Position numbers and translations under genes: made by a program. 64,000 bases of DNA. It comes from an uncultured Pseudomonadota bacterium. Its GTDB lineage: Bacteria; Pseudomonadota; Alphaproteobacteria; RF32; CAG-239. Location: the NCBI GenBank assembly GCA_949286215.1, contig CASDYX010000001.1:8530-72529 (forward strand), written 5' to 3'. Under the pieces are notes generated by a model. The model had not been told where the DNA came from, did not search any database, and saw nothing but the letters and a program-made list of their open reading frames with translations. Below, piece by piece: positions 10,266 through 21,179 of the stretch (position 1 is its first letter; each line of letters starts with the position of its first letter).

Positions 10266-10790
10266 ATGACCACAATATTATGCGTTCGTAAGGGCAACGA
10301 AGTTGTTATGGCCGGAGACGGACAGGCAACTTTAGGTGAGGCCGTCGTTTTTAAGTCAAAATCTGTTAAAGTGCGTCGTATCGGTAATGGTAATATCATT
10401 GCCGGGTTCGCAGGTGCGGCTGCAGACGGAATAACTCTTATTGAACGATTGGAAGAAAAGCTTGAAAAACACGCTAATCAGCTTAAAAGAGCGGCAGTCG
10501 AGTTGGCTAAAGATTGGCGTATGGATAAATATTTGCGCCAATTACAAGCATATATGATTGTGGCGGATAAAGATGTTTCTTTGGTGATTTCCGGCACCGG
10601 CGAGGTGATGGAGCCTGATGATGGTATTATCGGTATCGGCAGCGGCGGAAATTATGCTATGGCAGCGGCTAAGGCTTTGTATGATGTGGAAGGCTTGAGT
10701 CTTGAAGAAATTGCTCGCAAAGCTTTGAAAATTGCCGGTGATATTGATATTTACACCAATCATAATGTTATTGTAGAGAAGGTTAATTAA
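10266..10790 (+). CDS. hslV: ATP-dependent protease subunit HslV
   Basis: [10 protein letters not shown] (catalytic Thr2) and proteasome beta-type fold. 174 aa. Confidence 0.9.
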   Translation: MTTILCVRKGNEVVMAGDGQATLGEAVVFKSKSVKVRRIGNGNIIAGFAGAAADGITLIERLEEKLEKHANQLKRAAVELAKDWRMDKYLRQLQAYMIVADKDVSLVISGTGEVMEPDDGIIGIGSGGNYAMAAAKALYDVEGLSLEEIARKALKIAGDIDIYTNHNVIVEKVN

Positions 10791-10791
10791 A

Positions 10792-12102
10792 ATGGCTGTA
10801 TTTTCTCCGCGCGAGATTGTCTCGGAATTGGATCGTTTTATTGTTGGGCAAACAGAAGCTAAAAAAGCGGTGGCAATTGCTTTGCGCAATCGTTGGCGTC
10901 GTATGCAGTTGCCCGATAGATTAAAAGAAGAAATTGTACCAAAAAATATTTTAATGGTCGGGCCGACCGGTGTTGGTAAAACCGAAATTTCTCGCCGTTT
11001 GGCAAAGCTCGCCAAAGCCCCTTTTATTAAGGTTGAAGCAACCAAATTTACCGAAATCGGCTATGTCGGGAGAGATGTGGAATCGATTATTCGAGATTTG
11101 GTGGAAAATGCCATTCACACCACAAAAGAAGAAATGCGCAAAAGTGTGGCGGCTAAGGCTGAAATTGCAGCTGAAGAACGCGTTTTAGAGGCTTTGGTCG
11201 GGGTTAATGCCGGAGATGATACCAAGCAAAAATTCCGCAAATTGTTGCGTGAAAATCAACTCAATGACAAAGAAATTGAAATCAGCGTGTTGGATAACGG
11301 TAATACATCTATGCCGACGATTGATATTCCGGGAATGCCGGGCGCACAAATGGGAATGATTAGTTTGGGTGATTTGCTCGGAAAACCCTTTGGCGATAAA
11401 TATAAAACCAAGAAAATGACTGTCGGTGATGCCTATAAAGTATTGATGGACGAGGAAAGCGACAAACTCTTGGATAATGATGCCATTACGCGAGAGGCTA
11501 TCAAAGCGGTTGAAAATGACGGTATTGTCTTTATTGATGAGATAGATAAAATCGCCGGTAAAGAAGACCGTAGAGGTTCAGATATCTCTCGTGAGGGTGT
11601 ACAAAGAGATTTGTTGCCTTTGATAGAAGGAACAACAGTTGCCACTAAATACGGTATGGTAAAAACCGACCATATTTTGTTTATTTGTTCGGGAGCGTTT
11701 CATCTCTCAAAACCGGCTGATTTATTGCCGGAATTGCAAGGTCGTTTGCCAATAAGAGTTGAACTGAAAGCCTTAACAAGAGAAGATTTTGTAAAAATCT
11801 TAACCGAGCCGGAAGCCAACCTGATTGAGCAATATGAGGCTTTGCTCAAAACCGAGAATTTTGATTTGGAATTCACACCGGAAGCAATCGAAAAAATTGC
11901 CGATATGGCGGTGATTATTAATGAAAATGTTGAAAATATCGGGGCTAGACGCTTGCATACGGTTTTGGAGATTTTGTTGGAAGATATCAGCTTTAGTGCC
12001 TCTGACAGAAGTGGTGAAAAAGTTGTCATTACACCGGAAATGGTGGAGGAAAAACTCTCTAAATTTACCCAAGCCGGAGATTTGTCGAAGTTTATTCTCT
12101 AA
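10792..12102 (+). CDS. hslU: ATP-dependent protease ATPase subunit HslU
   Basis: Walker [11 protein letters not shown]. 436 aa. Starts immediately after hslV. Confidence 0.9.
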   Translation: MAVFSPREIVSELDRFIVGQTEAKKAVAIALRNRWRRMQLPDRLKEEIVPKNILMVGPTGVGKTEISRRLAKLAKAPFIKVEATKFTEIGYVGRDVESIIRDLVENAIHTTKEEMRKSVAAKAEIAAEERVLEALVGVNAGDDTKQKFRKLLRENQLNDKEIEISVLDNGNTSMPTIDIPGMPGAQMGMISLGDLLGKPFGDKYKTKKMTVGDAYKVLMDEESDKLLDNDAITREAIKAVENDGIVFIDEIDKIAGKEDRRGSDISREGVQRDLLPLIEGTTVATKYGMVKTDHILFICSGAFHLSKPADLLPELQGRLPIRVELKALTREDFVKILTEPEANLIEQYEALLKTENFDLEFTPEAIEKIADMAVIINENVENIGARRLHTVLEILLEDISFSASDRSGEKVVITPEMVEEKLSKFTQAGDLSKFIL

Positions 12103-12117
12103 AAGGCGAGCAAATCT

Positions 12118-13227
12118 TTGGAAAAACAGCAAAACACTCAACCTGAAAAAATCGCAATTTATGTGCATTGGCCTTATTGTTTGAGCAAATGTCCTTATTG
12201 CGATTTTTTTAGTAAGGTTGATAAGCGCGTTAATCAAGATGAGATGATTGGCGCATATCTTGATGATTTGCGTTTTTATCATAATTTGACGGCAGACAAA
12301 CAAGTTCAAAGTATCTTTTTTGGCGGTGGTACACCCTCTTTGATAGCTCCACAAAATATTGAAAAGATAATTGATTGTGTAAGCGCGCTGTGGCGGTGCC
12401 AAGACAAGGTTGAAATCTCGCTCGAGGCCAATCCCAATACCAACCATAAAAACCTTTTTGCTGATTTGAAAAAAGCCGGAATAAATCGTTTGTCGCTCGG
12501 GGTGCAAGCCTTAAATGACCAAGATTTGAAGTTTTTTGGTCGGACTCACAATTTAGCTCAAGCCTTACAAGCCATTGATGAGGTGGTGAGTGTTTTTGAT
12601 AATCATTCGGTTGATTTGATTTATGCCAGACCAAATCAAGAAATTGACCAATGGCAAAGAGAGCTTGAGCAAGTGACAAGTTTGGGGTTAAAACACATTT
12701 CTCTTTATCAGCTGACAATTGAGGAGGGGACGGTTTTTGCTCGCAAAGGAATAGAACCCTTAGAAGAAGAAAAAGCTGCTCAAATGTATGCTCTTACCCA
12801 ACAGTTTTTGAGTGAAAAGGGCTATCTTCAATATGAAATTTCTAACTTCTCGCAAGAGGGGTATCAATCAATCCATAATTTAGCCTATTGGCGCGGTGAA
12901 GATTATGTGGGAATCGGTCCTTCTGCACACGGACGTTTGTATTTGGGAAATAAGATTTTGGCAACCACTTATCATTTGCAACAGGAAGAATTAAGCCAAA
13001 AAGAACGAGCCGAAGAACTCATCATTATGGGATTGAGAATTGTTGAAGGAATCGATAAAAAACGGTTTTATCGGCAATGTGGTTTGAAGTTTGAGGACTT
13101 TGTTAATCAAAAGGCTCTGGGGAATTTGGTGGAGCAAGGCTATTTGCAAAATAATGATTTGTGCGTGCGTGCCACAAAGAAGGGATTTTTGGTGTTGGAT
13201 AAGCTCATTGAGGAGCTGTGTTCTTAG
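12118..13227 (+). CDS. hemW: radical SAM heme chaperone HemW (coproporphyrinogen III oxidase-like)
   Basis: IYVHWPYCLSKCPYCDFFS radical-SAM CxxxCxxC motif. The ORF opens with TTG, so the true start is uncertain. Confidence 0.8.
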   Translation: MEKQQNTQPEKIAIYVHWPYCLSKCPYCDFFSKVDKRVNQDEMIGAYLDDLRFYHNLTADKQVQSIFFGGGTPSLIAPQNIEKIIDCVSALWRCQDKVEISLEANPNTNHKNLFADLKKAGINRLSLGVQALNDQDLKFFGRTHNLAQALQAIDEVVSVFDNHSVDLIYARPNQEIDQWQRELEQVTSLGLKHISLYQLTIEEGTVFARKGIEPLEEEKAAQMYALTQQFLSEKGYLQYEISNFSQEGYQSIHNLAYWRGEDYVGIGPSAHGRLYLGNKILATTYHLQQEELSQKERAEELIIMGLRIVEGIDKKRFYRQCGLKFEDFVNQKALGNLVEQGYLQNNDLCVRATKKGFLVLDKLIEELCS

Positions 13228-13241
13228 CTAAAAAATGTTGT

Positions 13242-13919
13242 TTAGTGGCAATATTGCTCAGGGAAGAGTTTGAAATGCAGCCACAAAATCAGAGAATAAG
13301 TAACAGTGGCTGAGAAAAAGACATCTGAGAAAAAGTGATAACCTTCAGCTATACGTGAAATTCCGGTTAATACACCCAACAGAATAACGGTTGATATACC
13401 TAATCCCCGCCAGCGGTGAGGCAAGAGGAGAGCTAAAGATAAACTCCAGAAAACAACCGCCGTGTGTCCCGACATAAAGGAACAATCCAGAGAGCATTGA
13501 TTGCTAATGACAAGCGGTGAGGTGAAGATTTTATCGCCACCGAATTCGGAGATTTGAAACGGGCGGGCTCTTCCCCAAAAACTTTTGAATATTCCGTTGA
13601 CAATTATTATCGGTCCTAACAGCATGGAACCGGTGGTAAACAACATAACTTTGGTGTTAATGCCCAAAAGTTGATGATGTCTTATTTTGCCTATTCCCCA
13701 TAATATGCCGATGATGCCGGCAATTAAAATCAAAAATTCCGGCAAGCCTTTTCTTAATAATGGAAAGAAATCCCAGTCGCTCAGAAAAAAGCGATTGTCT
13801 CGATAAAAATAAGAACTAATGCTCAAATCAAGGTACGGCGAAACGGCAACAACCGAAAATAAAGCACAAATTATCCAAAAATTGAGCTTGGGAGGAATAC
13901 AAACTTGTTTGTGCATCAA
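13242..13919 (-). CDS. PAP2-family membrane phosphatase
   Basis: KxxxxxxRP (KSFWGRARP), PSGH (SFMSGHT), SRxxxxxHxxxD (SRIAEGYHFFSD). Multiple TM helices. Confidence 0.75.
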   Translation of the reverse strand: MMHKQVCIPPKLNFWIICALFSVVAVSPYLDLSISSYFYRDNRFFLSDWDFFPLLRKGLPEFLILIAGIIGILWGIGKIRHHQLLGINTKVMLFTTGSMLLGPIIIVNGIFKSFWGRARPFQISEFGGDKIFTSPLVISNQCSLDCSFMSGHTAVVFWSLSLALLLPHRWRGLGISTVILLGVLTGISRIAEGYHFFSDVFFSATVTYSLILWLHFKLFPEQYCH

Positions 13920-15022
13920 CCGTCCTCTAAGTGTAAAAGAGCGGTTATACTTATCAGTGCGGCAATAATAGTCGGTGTGCAGACGGCCATAAACGGCGGA
14001 ATATAGCCGTTAAGTCCAAAGGCATAAATTACTTGCGATAAGAAGTAAACAATAAAGCCGGTTGAAACACCACCTACAATCAAATACATTACGCCGCCGC
14101 GACGATTGTTGGGGCGCAAAGCAAATACTGCCGCTATCAATATCATAGCGCAAAGCAAAAATGGAGAGGCCAAAAGTGATAAATAGTGCATATAGTGCTT
14201 GAGGGCAGAGAAGCCTGACTTTTCATAAAAATTAATGGTGGCCGGTAAATCCCAAAAAGAGATGGCTTCCGGTTTAATGAAGTTTTCTTTAATGCGGTCT
14301 AGGGTTAATGTGGTTTTGTATTTGGCATTGGGTAAGGTAACAATAGGTTTGCCGGCTTCATAGACTTTGACATCTTTTAGCTCAAAGCCGTTTTTTTCAT
14401 CCAATGTGGCGGCAAAGGCCTCAGCTCTTTTTAAGAGTTGAGAATCGCGGTCCATTTCCATAATGCTGACTTCGCGTAATAAAAGCGTATTTTTTTCTTG
14501 GTGCAAACTTTTTGATTGAATAACCAATACGGTGTCTTGGTCGGTTGCTTCTCTGGTCCATAAGCCTTTATCGCTGAATAATACGGCGTTGGGGTTACGG
14601 GTTTTGAAGCGATAATCCATAACCTCATAAATCTCATACATTTTTGAGGATATGGGGTTAACTACCGTGATGTTAAGTATGCCGACAATAAAGGTGGTGA
14701 TGAGTATCGGAGTTAAAAATCCCCAGATGGAAACTCCTGCAGCACGGATAATGACAAACTCGTTGCTCTTACTTAAACGCCAAAAAGTTATCATCGCGGC
14801 AATCATCATCACAAACGGAAAAACTAAGTCAATGGTTTGTGGTAGTTTGGTTACTGCCATTTGAATCACAAACAAAAATGTAACGTTTTCTCCTGAGGCA
14901 CGACGCAACATCTCTATCAGTTCAAAGATAAAGACAACGCCTAAAACCATCAGCAATACGCCTAAAAAGTTTAGGATGATTTGCTTGCTTAAGTAGCGGC
15001 CAAGAATAGAGTTTAAGTTCAT
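13916..15022 (-). CDS. LptF/LptG-family LPS export permease (YjgP/YjgQ)
   Basis: 368 aa. N-terminal TM bundle, periplasmic beta-jellyroll insert, C-terminal TMs. Overlaps the PAP2 gene by 4 nt. Confidence 0.7.
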   Translation of the reverse strand: MNLNSILGRYLSKQIILNFLGVLLMVLGVVFIFELIEMLRRASGENVTFLFVIQMAVTKLPQTIDLVFPFVMMIAAMITFWRLSKSNEFVIIRAAGVSIWGFLTPILITTFIVGILNITVVNPISSKMYEIYEVMDYRFKTRNPNAVLFSDKGLWTREATDQDTVLVIQSKSLHQEKNTLLLREVSIMEMDRDSQLLKRAEAFAATLDEKNGFELKDVKVYEAGKPIVTLPNAKYKTTLTLDRIKENFIKPEAISFWDLPATINFYEKSGFSALKHYMHYLSLLASPFLLCAMILIAAVFALRPNNRRGGVMYLIVGGVSTGFIVYFLSQVIYAFGLNGYIPPFMAVCTPTIIAALISITALLHLEDG

Positions 15023-15091
15023 TATTTTCCCTAAATTTACTTTTTTGCTAAGATAAAAGAATTTCCTTTATTTGACAAGCCTATTTATTCT

Positions 15092-16018
15092 TTAAGCGAT
15101 ACAATCAAGTGAAAGGTATCTTTCTATCGAATCGGGCAAAATAACGACAATGTTTTTGCCTTTCATCTCTTCTCTTTGACCAAGATGAATTGCTGCCGAA
15201 AGTGCCGCACCCGAAGAAATACCAACGGGGAGCCCTTCTTCAAGGGCGACTTCTTTGCAGATGTCTATGGCGTTGGAAGAGGCAATATCCATAACCTCGT
15301 TGACTAAGTTTTTATCATAAAATTTGGGAATAAATCCGGCGCCAATGCCTAAAATTTGGTGCTGACCGGCTTTGCCTCCGTTGAGGACGGCACTTTCAAG
15401 GGGTTCAACCGCAACAACATATAAGTCCGGATTGCAGGTTTTGAGTGCTTGGGCTATGCCGGTTAGAGTGCCGGATGTGCCGACAGAGCATACCAAGCAA
15501 TCAATATTACCGCCGGTGTCTTCCATTATCTCCATGCTGGTGCCTAATTTGTGAGCTTCAGGATTGGCCTCATTTTCAAATTGGCGCAATAAAATCACGT
15601 TAGGGTTCTTTTGTGCCAAAATTTCAGCTTTGGCAATTGAGCCTTTCATGCCATCTTCCGCCGGTGTTAAAATAACCTCAGCACCAAAGTGTTTCATCAA
15701 AATTATTCTTTCTTTTGACATGTTCTCCGGCATGATGATGACTAATTTATAGTTTTTGGCGGCACAAAGTGCAGCTAAGGCAATACCGGTGTTGCCCGAG
15801 GTGGCTTCAACAAAAACGCTATCCTCTGTGAGATCTTGTTTTTCGGCTTGTTCCAACATTTTAAGCGCAACGCGGTCTTTGCTTGAAAATAGGGGATTGT
15901 AAAATTCACATTTGGCCAAAATATTGGCTTTTACATGATGTTTGTGGGCGAGTTTGTGTAGTCTTAAAAGCGGGGTGTGCCCAACCATCTCGGTTATGGA
16001 ATTGTAAATTTTTTTCAT
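15092..16018 (-). CDS. cysK: cysteine synthase (PLP-dependent, CysK/CysM family)
   Basis: SSKDR PLP-lysine motif and a fold-type II PLP enzyme Gly-rich loop (SVGTSGTLTG). 308 aa. Confidence 0.75.
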   Translation of the reverse strand: MKKIYNSITEMVGHTPLLRLHKLAHKHHVKANILAKCEFYNPLFSSKDRVALKMLEQAEKQDLTEDSVFVEATSGNTGIALAALCAAKNYKLVIIMPENMSKERIILMKHFGAEVILTPAEDGMKGSIAKAEILAQKNPNVILLRQFENEANPEAHKLGTSMEIMEDTGGNIDCLVCSVGTSGTLTGIAQALKTCNPDLYVVAVEPLESAVLNGGKAGQHQILGIGAGFIPKFYDKNLVNEVMDIASSNAIDICKEVALEEGLPVGISSGAALSAAIHLGQREEMKGKNIVVILPDSIERYLSLDCIA

Positions 16019-16116
16019 TTTTGCCTCTGAGGTGTTTATAAAGCTGAATTTGTGCTTTAATATGTATTTTGCTTTGGGTAGTATAACAATAACATTAAAA
16101 AATTAAAATTAAAAAA

Positions 16117-16695
16117 ATGAAAAATTTAAAAACGTGGGTTTTTATAGGATTTCTGATTGTATTTCCGCAACATAACGTACAAGCCATGAGCTTGGACGAG
16201 ATTTATCGTGACGTGGTTAGAAGTGATAATCGCGGGTATCTGCCCATGTTTGTTAAAAATCGTGAAGCTCCGGATTTTGTGGTTGATACAAAAGCGTTGA
16301 AAGATGTGCCTGAGCCTAAGGCTGAAGATAAATCTCCGATTAAACCTGATTTGGAAATTGTTAAATTTGAAAATCAGCGCAAAATTCATGAAGAACAAGT
16401 CAGACAAAAATGGGCGGCTTGGAACAGAGTTATTCAAAATGTTAAAAATGGTAAAGTAACGGCTTCCGAACTGAGAGAGTTAGAAGTAAAAGCCGGCGAA
16501 AATAATCCGCAAGCCGTGGAAATTTTGGCTTGGGTTTATGCCAAAGGTGTGGGTGTGAAGCCTGATTTGATTAAGGCTTTTCGTTTGTATATGCAAGCAG
16601 AAAATCTGAATGTTCCCGGCGCTAAACTCAATGCTGCCAAAGTCTATAAAGTTATGCCCAGACAAATGCGTGAGCAACTCGTTGCTTTTCAATAA
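16117..16695 (+). CDS. secreted Sel1-repeat (TPR-like) protein
   Basis: Signal peptide. C-terminal Sel1-like repeat AWVYAKGVGVKPDLIKAFRLYMQAEN. Confidence 0.6.
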   Translation: MKNLKTWVFIGFLIVFPQHNVQAMSLDEIYRDVVRSDNRGYLPMFVKNREAPDFVVDTKALKDVPEPKAEDKSPIKPDLEIVKFENQRKIHEEQVRQKWAAWNRVIQNVKNGKVTASELRELEVKAGENNPQAVEILAWVYAKGVGVKPDLIKAFRLYMQAENLNVPGAKLNAAKVYKVMPRQMREQLVAFQ

Positions 16696-16697
16696 AT

Positions 16698-17186
16698 TTA
16701 TTTGAACAAATGCTGAAAAGCCAGCCAATGGGCATAATTTATTTTATGTGTTCCCGAAAAAATGTCTTCTTTCTTTAGCCAGGCAGCCGTTCCGTTTTCA
16801 GGCGTGCGCCATGGTTCTTTTGTGGTATCAAACCCATAAGCAGAAGCATCATAGACAATAAAAGTTTGCTCATAGATACAGTATTCTCCAAATGGGCGAG
16901 CATCATTGGCAAAATAGTTTATGGTTTGCGAATATGATTTTTCTCCCTGTGAAAGCGCAAATTCTATGCCCGTTTCTTCGTAGAGTTTACGGTAGAGGCA
17001 ATCTCTAAAATCTTCTTTGCGAGAAACAGAACCTCCCGGAAACTCAGGAACTTTTACTTGCGGTGGATAGGTGACTAAAACTAAGTCGTCCTTTACCAAA
17101 ATTGCAAAATATCCCTTTTGGTGAACGGGAATGATATCATCAGCATATTTTTCGCGACCAAAACGGTCGTAAAATACCTCAGTCAT
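16698..17186 (-). CDS. NUDIX hydrolase
   Basis: Nudix box GGSVSRKEDFRDCLYRKLYEETGI. Start chosen at MTEVFYD, which overlaps the gmk stop by 8 nt. Confidence 0.65.
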   Translation of the reverse strand: MTEVFYDRFGREKYADDIIPVHQKGYFAILVKDDLVLVTYPPQVKVPEFPGGSVSRKEDFRDCLYRKLYEETGIEFALSQGEKSYSQTINYFANDARPFGEYCIYEQTFIVYDASAYGFDTTKEPWRTPENGTAAWLKKEDIFSGTHKINYAHWLAFQHLFK

Positions 17187-17853
17187 GTTTGGCTTCTTCC
17201 AACAATTCATCAACAAAAGATTGAAGACCGGTTTGGCGAACCCTCTTCATTCTTTCGCCAGATATTATTCTTTGGACTTTTTTGATGGTGTCTTCTAAGT
17301 TTACATTTACCAAAACATAGTCAAACTCATTCCAATGTTTGAGTTTTTCGGCTGTTAAATTCATGCGCTTTTCAATGGTTTCTTTGCTGTCGGTGCCACG
17401 ATTTTCAAGACGAGAGCGCAGTTCTTTGATTGAAGGCGGGAGAAGATAGATGGTGACAACATCATCTTTGGCTTTGGCTTTCATTTGGCGAGCGCCGGCC
17501 CAATCCATATCAAAAAGAACATCTTCACCAACGTTAATAAAACTATCTACTTCTGAACGTAAAGTTCCATAGCGTGAGCCATATTGCGAATCGACATATT
17601 CATAAAAAGCGTCTTGTTTCAAATATTCATTGTACTGAGCATCATCAATGAAATAGTAATCTTTGCCGTCAACTTCGCCTTCTCGGGGTTTGCGGGTGGT
17701 GACGGATACTGAAAATTTTATATTAGGGTCACAACGTAAAATTTCTTTTACAACCGCGCTTTTGCCCGTACCGGACGGAGCTTCGATAATAAACATTGCT
17801 CCGCGGCGAACTTTTTTCAATCTGGTAATAATTTCATCCATAGCTTGCTCCAT
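17179..17853 (-). CDS. gmk: guanylate kinase
   Basis: P-loop APSGTGKSAV and a GMP-binding region. 224 aa. Confidence 0.85.
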   Translation of the reverse strand: MEQAMDEIITRLKKVRRGAMFIIEAPSGTGKSAVVKEILRCDPNIKFSVSVTTRKPREGEVDGKDYYFIDDAQYNEYLKQDAFYEYVDSQYGSRYGTLRSEVDSFINVGEDVLFDMDWAGARQMKAKAKDDVVTIYLLPPSIKELRSRLENRGTDSKETIEKRMNLTAEKLKHWNEFDYVLVNVNLEDTIKKVQRIISGERMKRVRQTGLQSFVDELLEEAKHD

Positions 17854-17923
17854 TTTACTGGTGATTTTTATTTTAATGTTTATACTATACCTTAATTTTT
17901 GAAAATGTCTTTAGGAAAAAACA

Positions 17924-18682
17924 ATGTTTACTTATAAAAATGTTTTAATTACCGGTGCAAGTTCGGGTATTGGGCAGGCTTTGGCGGAGTATTATGCGCA
18001 AAATGGTGCTGATGTGCTTTTTATTTGCGGGCGAAATGAAGAACGCTTGAATAAAGTTAAAGAGAATTGTGAAAAATGTGGCGCTAAAGTTTATGCGCAA
18101 GTGTTAGATGTTTGTGACAGAGAAAAGGTTAAAGCGTGGCTGGACTTTGCTACCCAAATTGCGCCAATAGATTTGGTGATTGCCAATGCCGGAACAGGTA
18201 ATGTCAATGAGACGGAAGATGCAATCTATAACACTTTTAATACTAATGTTTGGGGTGTTATTAATACCGTGTTACCGATGGTTAAAATATTTGCACAAGA
18301 CAAGAGTTTTCCTAAGGGAATTGTTATTATCAGCTCTATTGCCGGATATCATGGTTTGCCGACTTGTCCGGCTTATAGCGCAAGTAAGGCTTGCGTGAAA
18401 GCGTGGGGCGAGGCAATGCGACCGATTTTGGCTAAAGACAATATTCACCTGAGTGTGGTGTGTCCGGGGTTTGTTCGCTCCAGAATTACTGACCAGAATA
18501 CTTGTCCGATGCCGTTTTTTATGGAAGCTCCGAAAGCTGCGGCAATTATTGCTAAAGGTGTAGCCAAAAATAAGGGAATTATTGCTTTTCCTTGGCCGTT
18601 GCGTTTTACAACTTGGTTGGTTTCAATTTTGCCGAATTGTGTGAGCGAGTTTATTTATCGCTTGCTTCCGCCAAAGGCTTAA
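17924..18682 (+). CDS. short-chain dehydrogenase/reductase (SDR) family oxidoreductase
   Basis: TGASSGIG Rossmann motif, catalytic YxxxK (YSASK). 252 aa. Confidence 0.75.
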   Translation: MFTYKNVLITGASSGIGQALAEYYAQNGADVLFICGRNEERLNKVKENCEKCGAKVYAQVLDVCDREKVKAWLDFATQIAPIDLVIANAGTGNVNETEDAIYNTFNTNVWGVINTVLPMVKIFAQDKSFPKGIVIISSIAGYHGLPTCPAYSASKACVKAWGEAMRPILAKDNIHLSVVCPGFVRSRITDQNTCPMPFFMEAPKAAAIIAKGVAKNKGIIAFPWPLRFTTWLVSILPNCVSEFIYRLLPPKA

Positions 18683-19949
18683 GCGGTTTCTTTTGACGCT
18701 CAACCCGCATCAAAATCCATAAAATAATTAGCCCCGGAATCATCATTATGGTGGTGATGAGGAAAAAAGTCGGCCAGCTGGTGGCTGCTTTCATATATCC
18801 GCTGCTGGCGGCAAAAACATCGCGTGCCAGACTCATTAAAGATGAAAGCAGAGCATATTGTGTGGCAGTATAAGCAATGGAACAAAGTGAGGAGAGGTAG
18901 GCAACCAATGCGGTGGAGGCCATGCCGCCGGCAATGTTGTCAAAAGATATGGTTAGCATGAGCATTGGTACGCTATGACCGATATAGGCTTGCAAGACAT
19001 ACATTAAATTGGTGATTCCTTGGAAAATGCCGCAAAGCATCAGGCCTTTGAGCATATTCATCCGGCTCATGACAATGCCGCCGATGAGACCGCCGAAAAT
19101 GGTGGCACCCATGCCGAATATTTTAGAGACAAAGGCAATCTCTCCCTTGGAAAAGCCCATATCGGCGTAAAATGGAAAAGCCATCGGTCCCATATAGGAA
19201 TCACTCATACGATAGAAAAATATAAAGGCTAAAATTATTGCCCAATCCGGTCTCTTGATAAAGTCTAAAAACGGATTGTAAACCGCGCACTGCATAAAGT
19301 GCTTAAAATCAGAATAATTCTGCTCTTGGTATTTTTGGGCTTTGGTCGGCTCATGGGATAAAAGAATTGTGGCAATACCAATGAGTGTACCAAAACACAT
19401 CAGAAAATAAACTTCGTTCCAACTCATGAATGAGGCCATCCAGATTGCGCCTGCTCCCGAAACAATTGTACCTAAGCGATAACCTATGATGAAAATCGCA
19501 ACACCGGCACCTTGCTCTTTGAAGTTAAAACTTTCAATGCGATAGGCGTCTAAAACAATGTCTTGTGAGGCTGAGGCTATCACAACAATAATGCACAAAA
19601 CCACAAGTGAGCGCAGGCTTTCTTCGGGGTTGACGGTGGAGATGGCGGCTAAACCAATAAAAAGCATAAGTTGAAAGAATAGAGCCCAGCCGCGGCGGCG
19701 ACCCAATCGCTCAAAGAACGGTAAGCTTAGGCGGTCAAGCAATGGCGCCCAGAGCCATTTGAAACTGCAGGGGAGCTTGACTAAAGAAAATAAGCCAATT
19801 GCAATATAGGATATGCCGCAGTCTTTGAGCCATAAGTTAAGCGTGCTGAAGACCAATAGTAACGGAAAGCCGCTCGAAAACCCTAAGCCTATCATGGTGA
19901 GCATTTTCGGGGTAAAGTATATTTTGAGCGTTTTTCCCAGTTGTGACAT
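18651..19949 (-). CDS. ampG: AmpG-family MFS muropeptide permease
   Basis: 432 aa, 12+ TM helices, AmpG-like N-terminus (FSSGFPLLLVFSTLNLWLKD). Confidence 0.7.
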   Translation of the reverse strand: MSQLGKTLKIYFTPKMLTMIGLGFSSGFPLLLVFSTLNLWLKDCGISYIAIGLFSLVKLPCSFKWLWAPLLDRLSLPFFERLGRRRGWALFFQLMLFIGLAAISTVNPEESLRSLVVLCIIVVIASASQDIVLDAYRIESFNFKEQGAGVAIFIIGYRLGTIVSGAGAIWMASFMSWNEVYFLMCFGTLIGIATILLSHEPTKAQKYQEQNYSDFKHFMQCAVYNPFLDFIKRPDWAIILAFIFFYRMSDSYMGPMAFPFYADMGFSKGEIAFVSKIFGMGATIFGGLIGGIVMSRMNMLKGLMLCGIFQGITNLMYVLQAYIGHSVPMLMLTISFDNIAGGMASTALVAYLSSLCSIAYTATQYALLSSLMSLARDVFAASSGYMKAATSWPTFFLITTIMMIPGLIILWILMRVERQKKPLKPLAEASDK

Positions 19950-20172
19950 TTGTTTCTCCTTAAGCGCAATCTAAACCAAGAGTGGTTAAATTTTATCTAA
20001 CGCTTTGATTTATTTTGCCTGAGGTTGAATTTGTTATATCTTATTTCTATTTTAAGGTGTATATATTGTTTATTTCTAATAAAGAGTTATATTCTTACTT
20101 GCATTATTTTTCTTTATGCTCTATTAGTAGATAAAATACATTAATATGCACTTAATAGTTAAATGAGGTTGT

Positions 20173-20640
20173 ATGATGACTGACATGTCAAACATTTCTA
20201 AAAATAAGAGGGAAAATGCTAATCAACCCAATCCTGTCGATATTTATGTCGGTAATAGGCTACGTCAGAGAAGAATGTTGATGGGGTTATCTCAAAAGCA
20301 GATGGCTAATGAGTTGGGAGTTACCTTTCAGCAAGTGCAAAAATATGAAAACGGCGTAAATCGAATTAGTGCCAGTAGATTATGGGATATCAGTAAAATT
20401 TTGAAAGCACCGATTGAGTTCTTTTTTGACGGTATGGATGAAGAAATTCGAAACCAAAGTCCAATGATGTTGCATAATGGTAATTTGTCGGCAAGTAATT
20501 ATAAGGCCGATTTGTTGAATGATCCGATGATGAAGCCTGAGGCTATTAAGTTGGTTAAGGCTTATGCTTCAATTGATGATAAGAAGATTTCTCATCAGTT
20601 ATTGGATTTGATGGTGGCTTTGTCGGCCGGAAACCACTAG
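20173..20640 (+). CDS. XRE-family helix-turn-helix transcriptional regulator
   Basis: HTH_XRE signature LSQKQMANELGVTFQQVQKYENGVNRISASRL. Confidence 0.7.
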   Translation: MMTDMSNISKNKRENANQPNPVDIYVGNRLRQRRMLMGLSQKQMANELGVTFQQVQKYENGVNRISASRLWDISKILKAPIEFFFDGMDEEIRNQSPMMLHNGNLSASNYKADLLNDPMMKPEAIKLVKAYASIDDKKISHQLLDLMVALSAGNH

Positions 20641-21179
20641 CGTTGACGGCGGAGTAATATATATAAAGCTCCGCTACCGCCTAATTTTGCGGGCGGGTGA
20701 TTGTAAGCTAGTATTAGAGGGCGTAAATCTTTGCTGTTGAGCCAGAGAGGAACGCTCTCTTTTAGTTTGCCTTTGGAAATTAGAAAATTGTCTTTGTCTT
20801 CACTGCGGCTTAGGCCTTTGCCGGTGATGATGATAATGCATCTTTTGCTGGAGAGATAGGATTTTTGCACAAACTCAAATACTGCCTCGCGGGCTTCATC
20901 TTCATGGTATCCATGTAAATCCAGACTTCCTTCTATCGGAAATTCGCAGCGCTTAAATCTTTTGGCCGTACCAGCGTCAATATTATCCGTGTTGCCTATT
21001 ATGAGAGAGCTTAAATCTTCTCCACGATATGCTTGAGCTAGATTAATAGTCGGTTTAATCGGCGGAAGAGTAACTTCGGCTGTCGGCGGAACTTCTTTGG
21101 GGGGAAGTTTTTGCACGTCTTTGGTCGCTTCTGCCCAAGCTTCTTCGTCTTCCGAATTATTCGGCGGCAGTTTTAACAT
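20637..21179 (-). CDS. Smr-domain protein
   Basis: C-terminal Smr domain (LDLHGYHEDEAREAV...IITGKG) with a Pro-rich N-terminus. Confidence 0.7.
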   Translation of the reverse strand: MLKLPPNNSEDEEAWAEATKDVQKLPPKEVPPTAEVTLPPIKPTINLAQAYRGEDLSSLIIGNTDNIDAGTAKRFKRCEFPIEGSLDLHGYHEDEAREAVFEFVQKSYLSSKRCIIIITGKGLSRSEDKDNFLISKGKLKESVPLWLNSKDLRPLILAYNHPPAKLGGSGALYILLRRQR

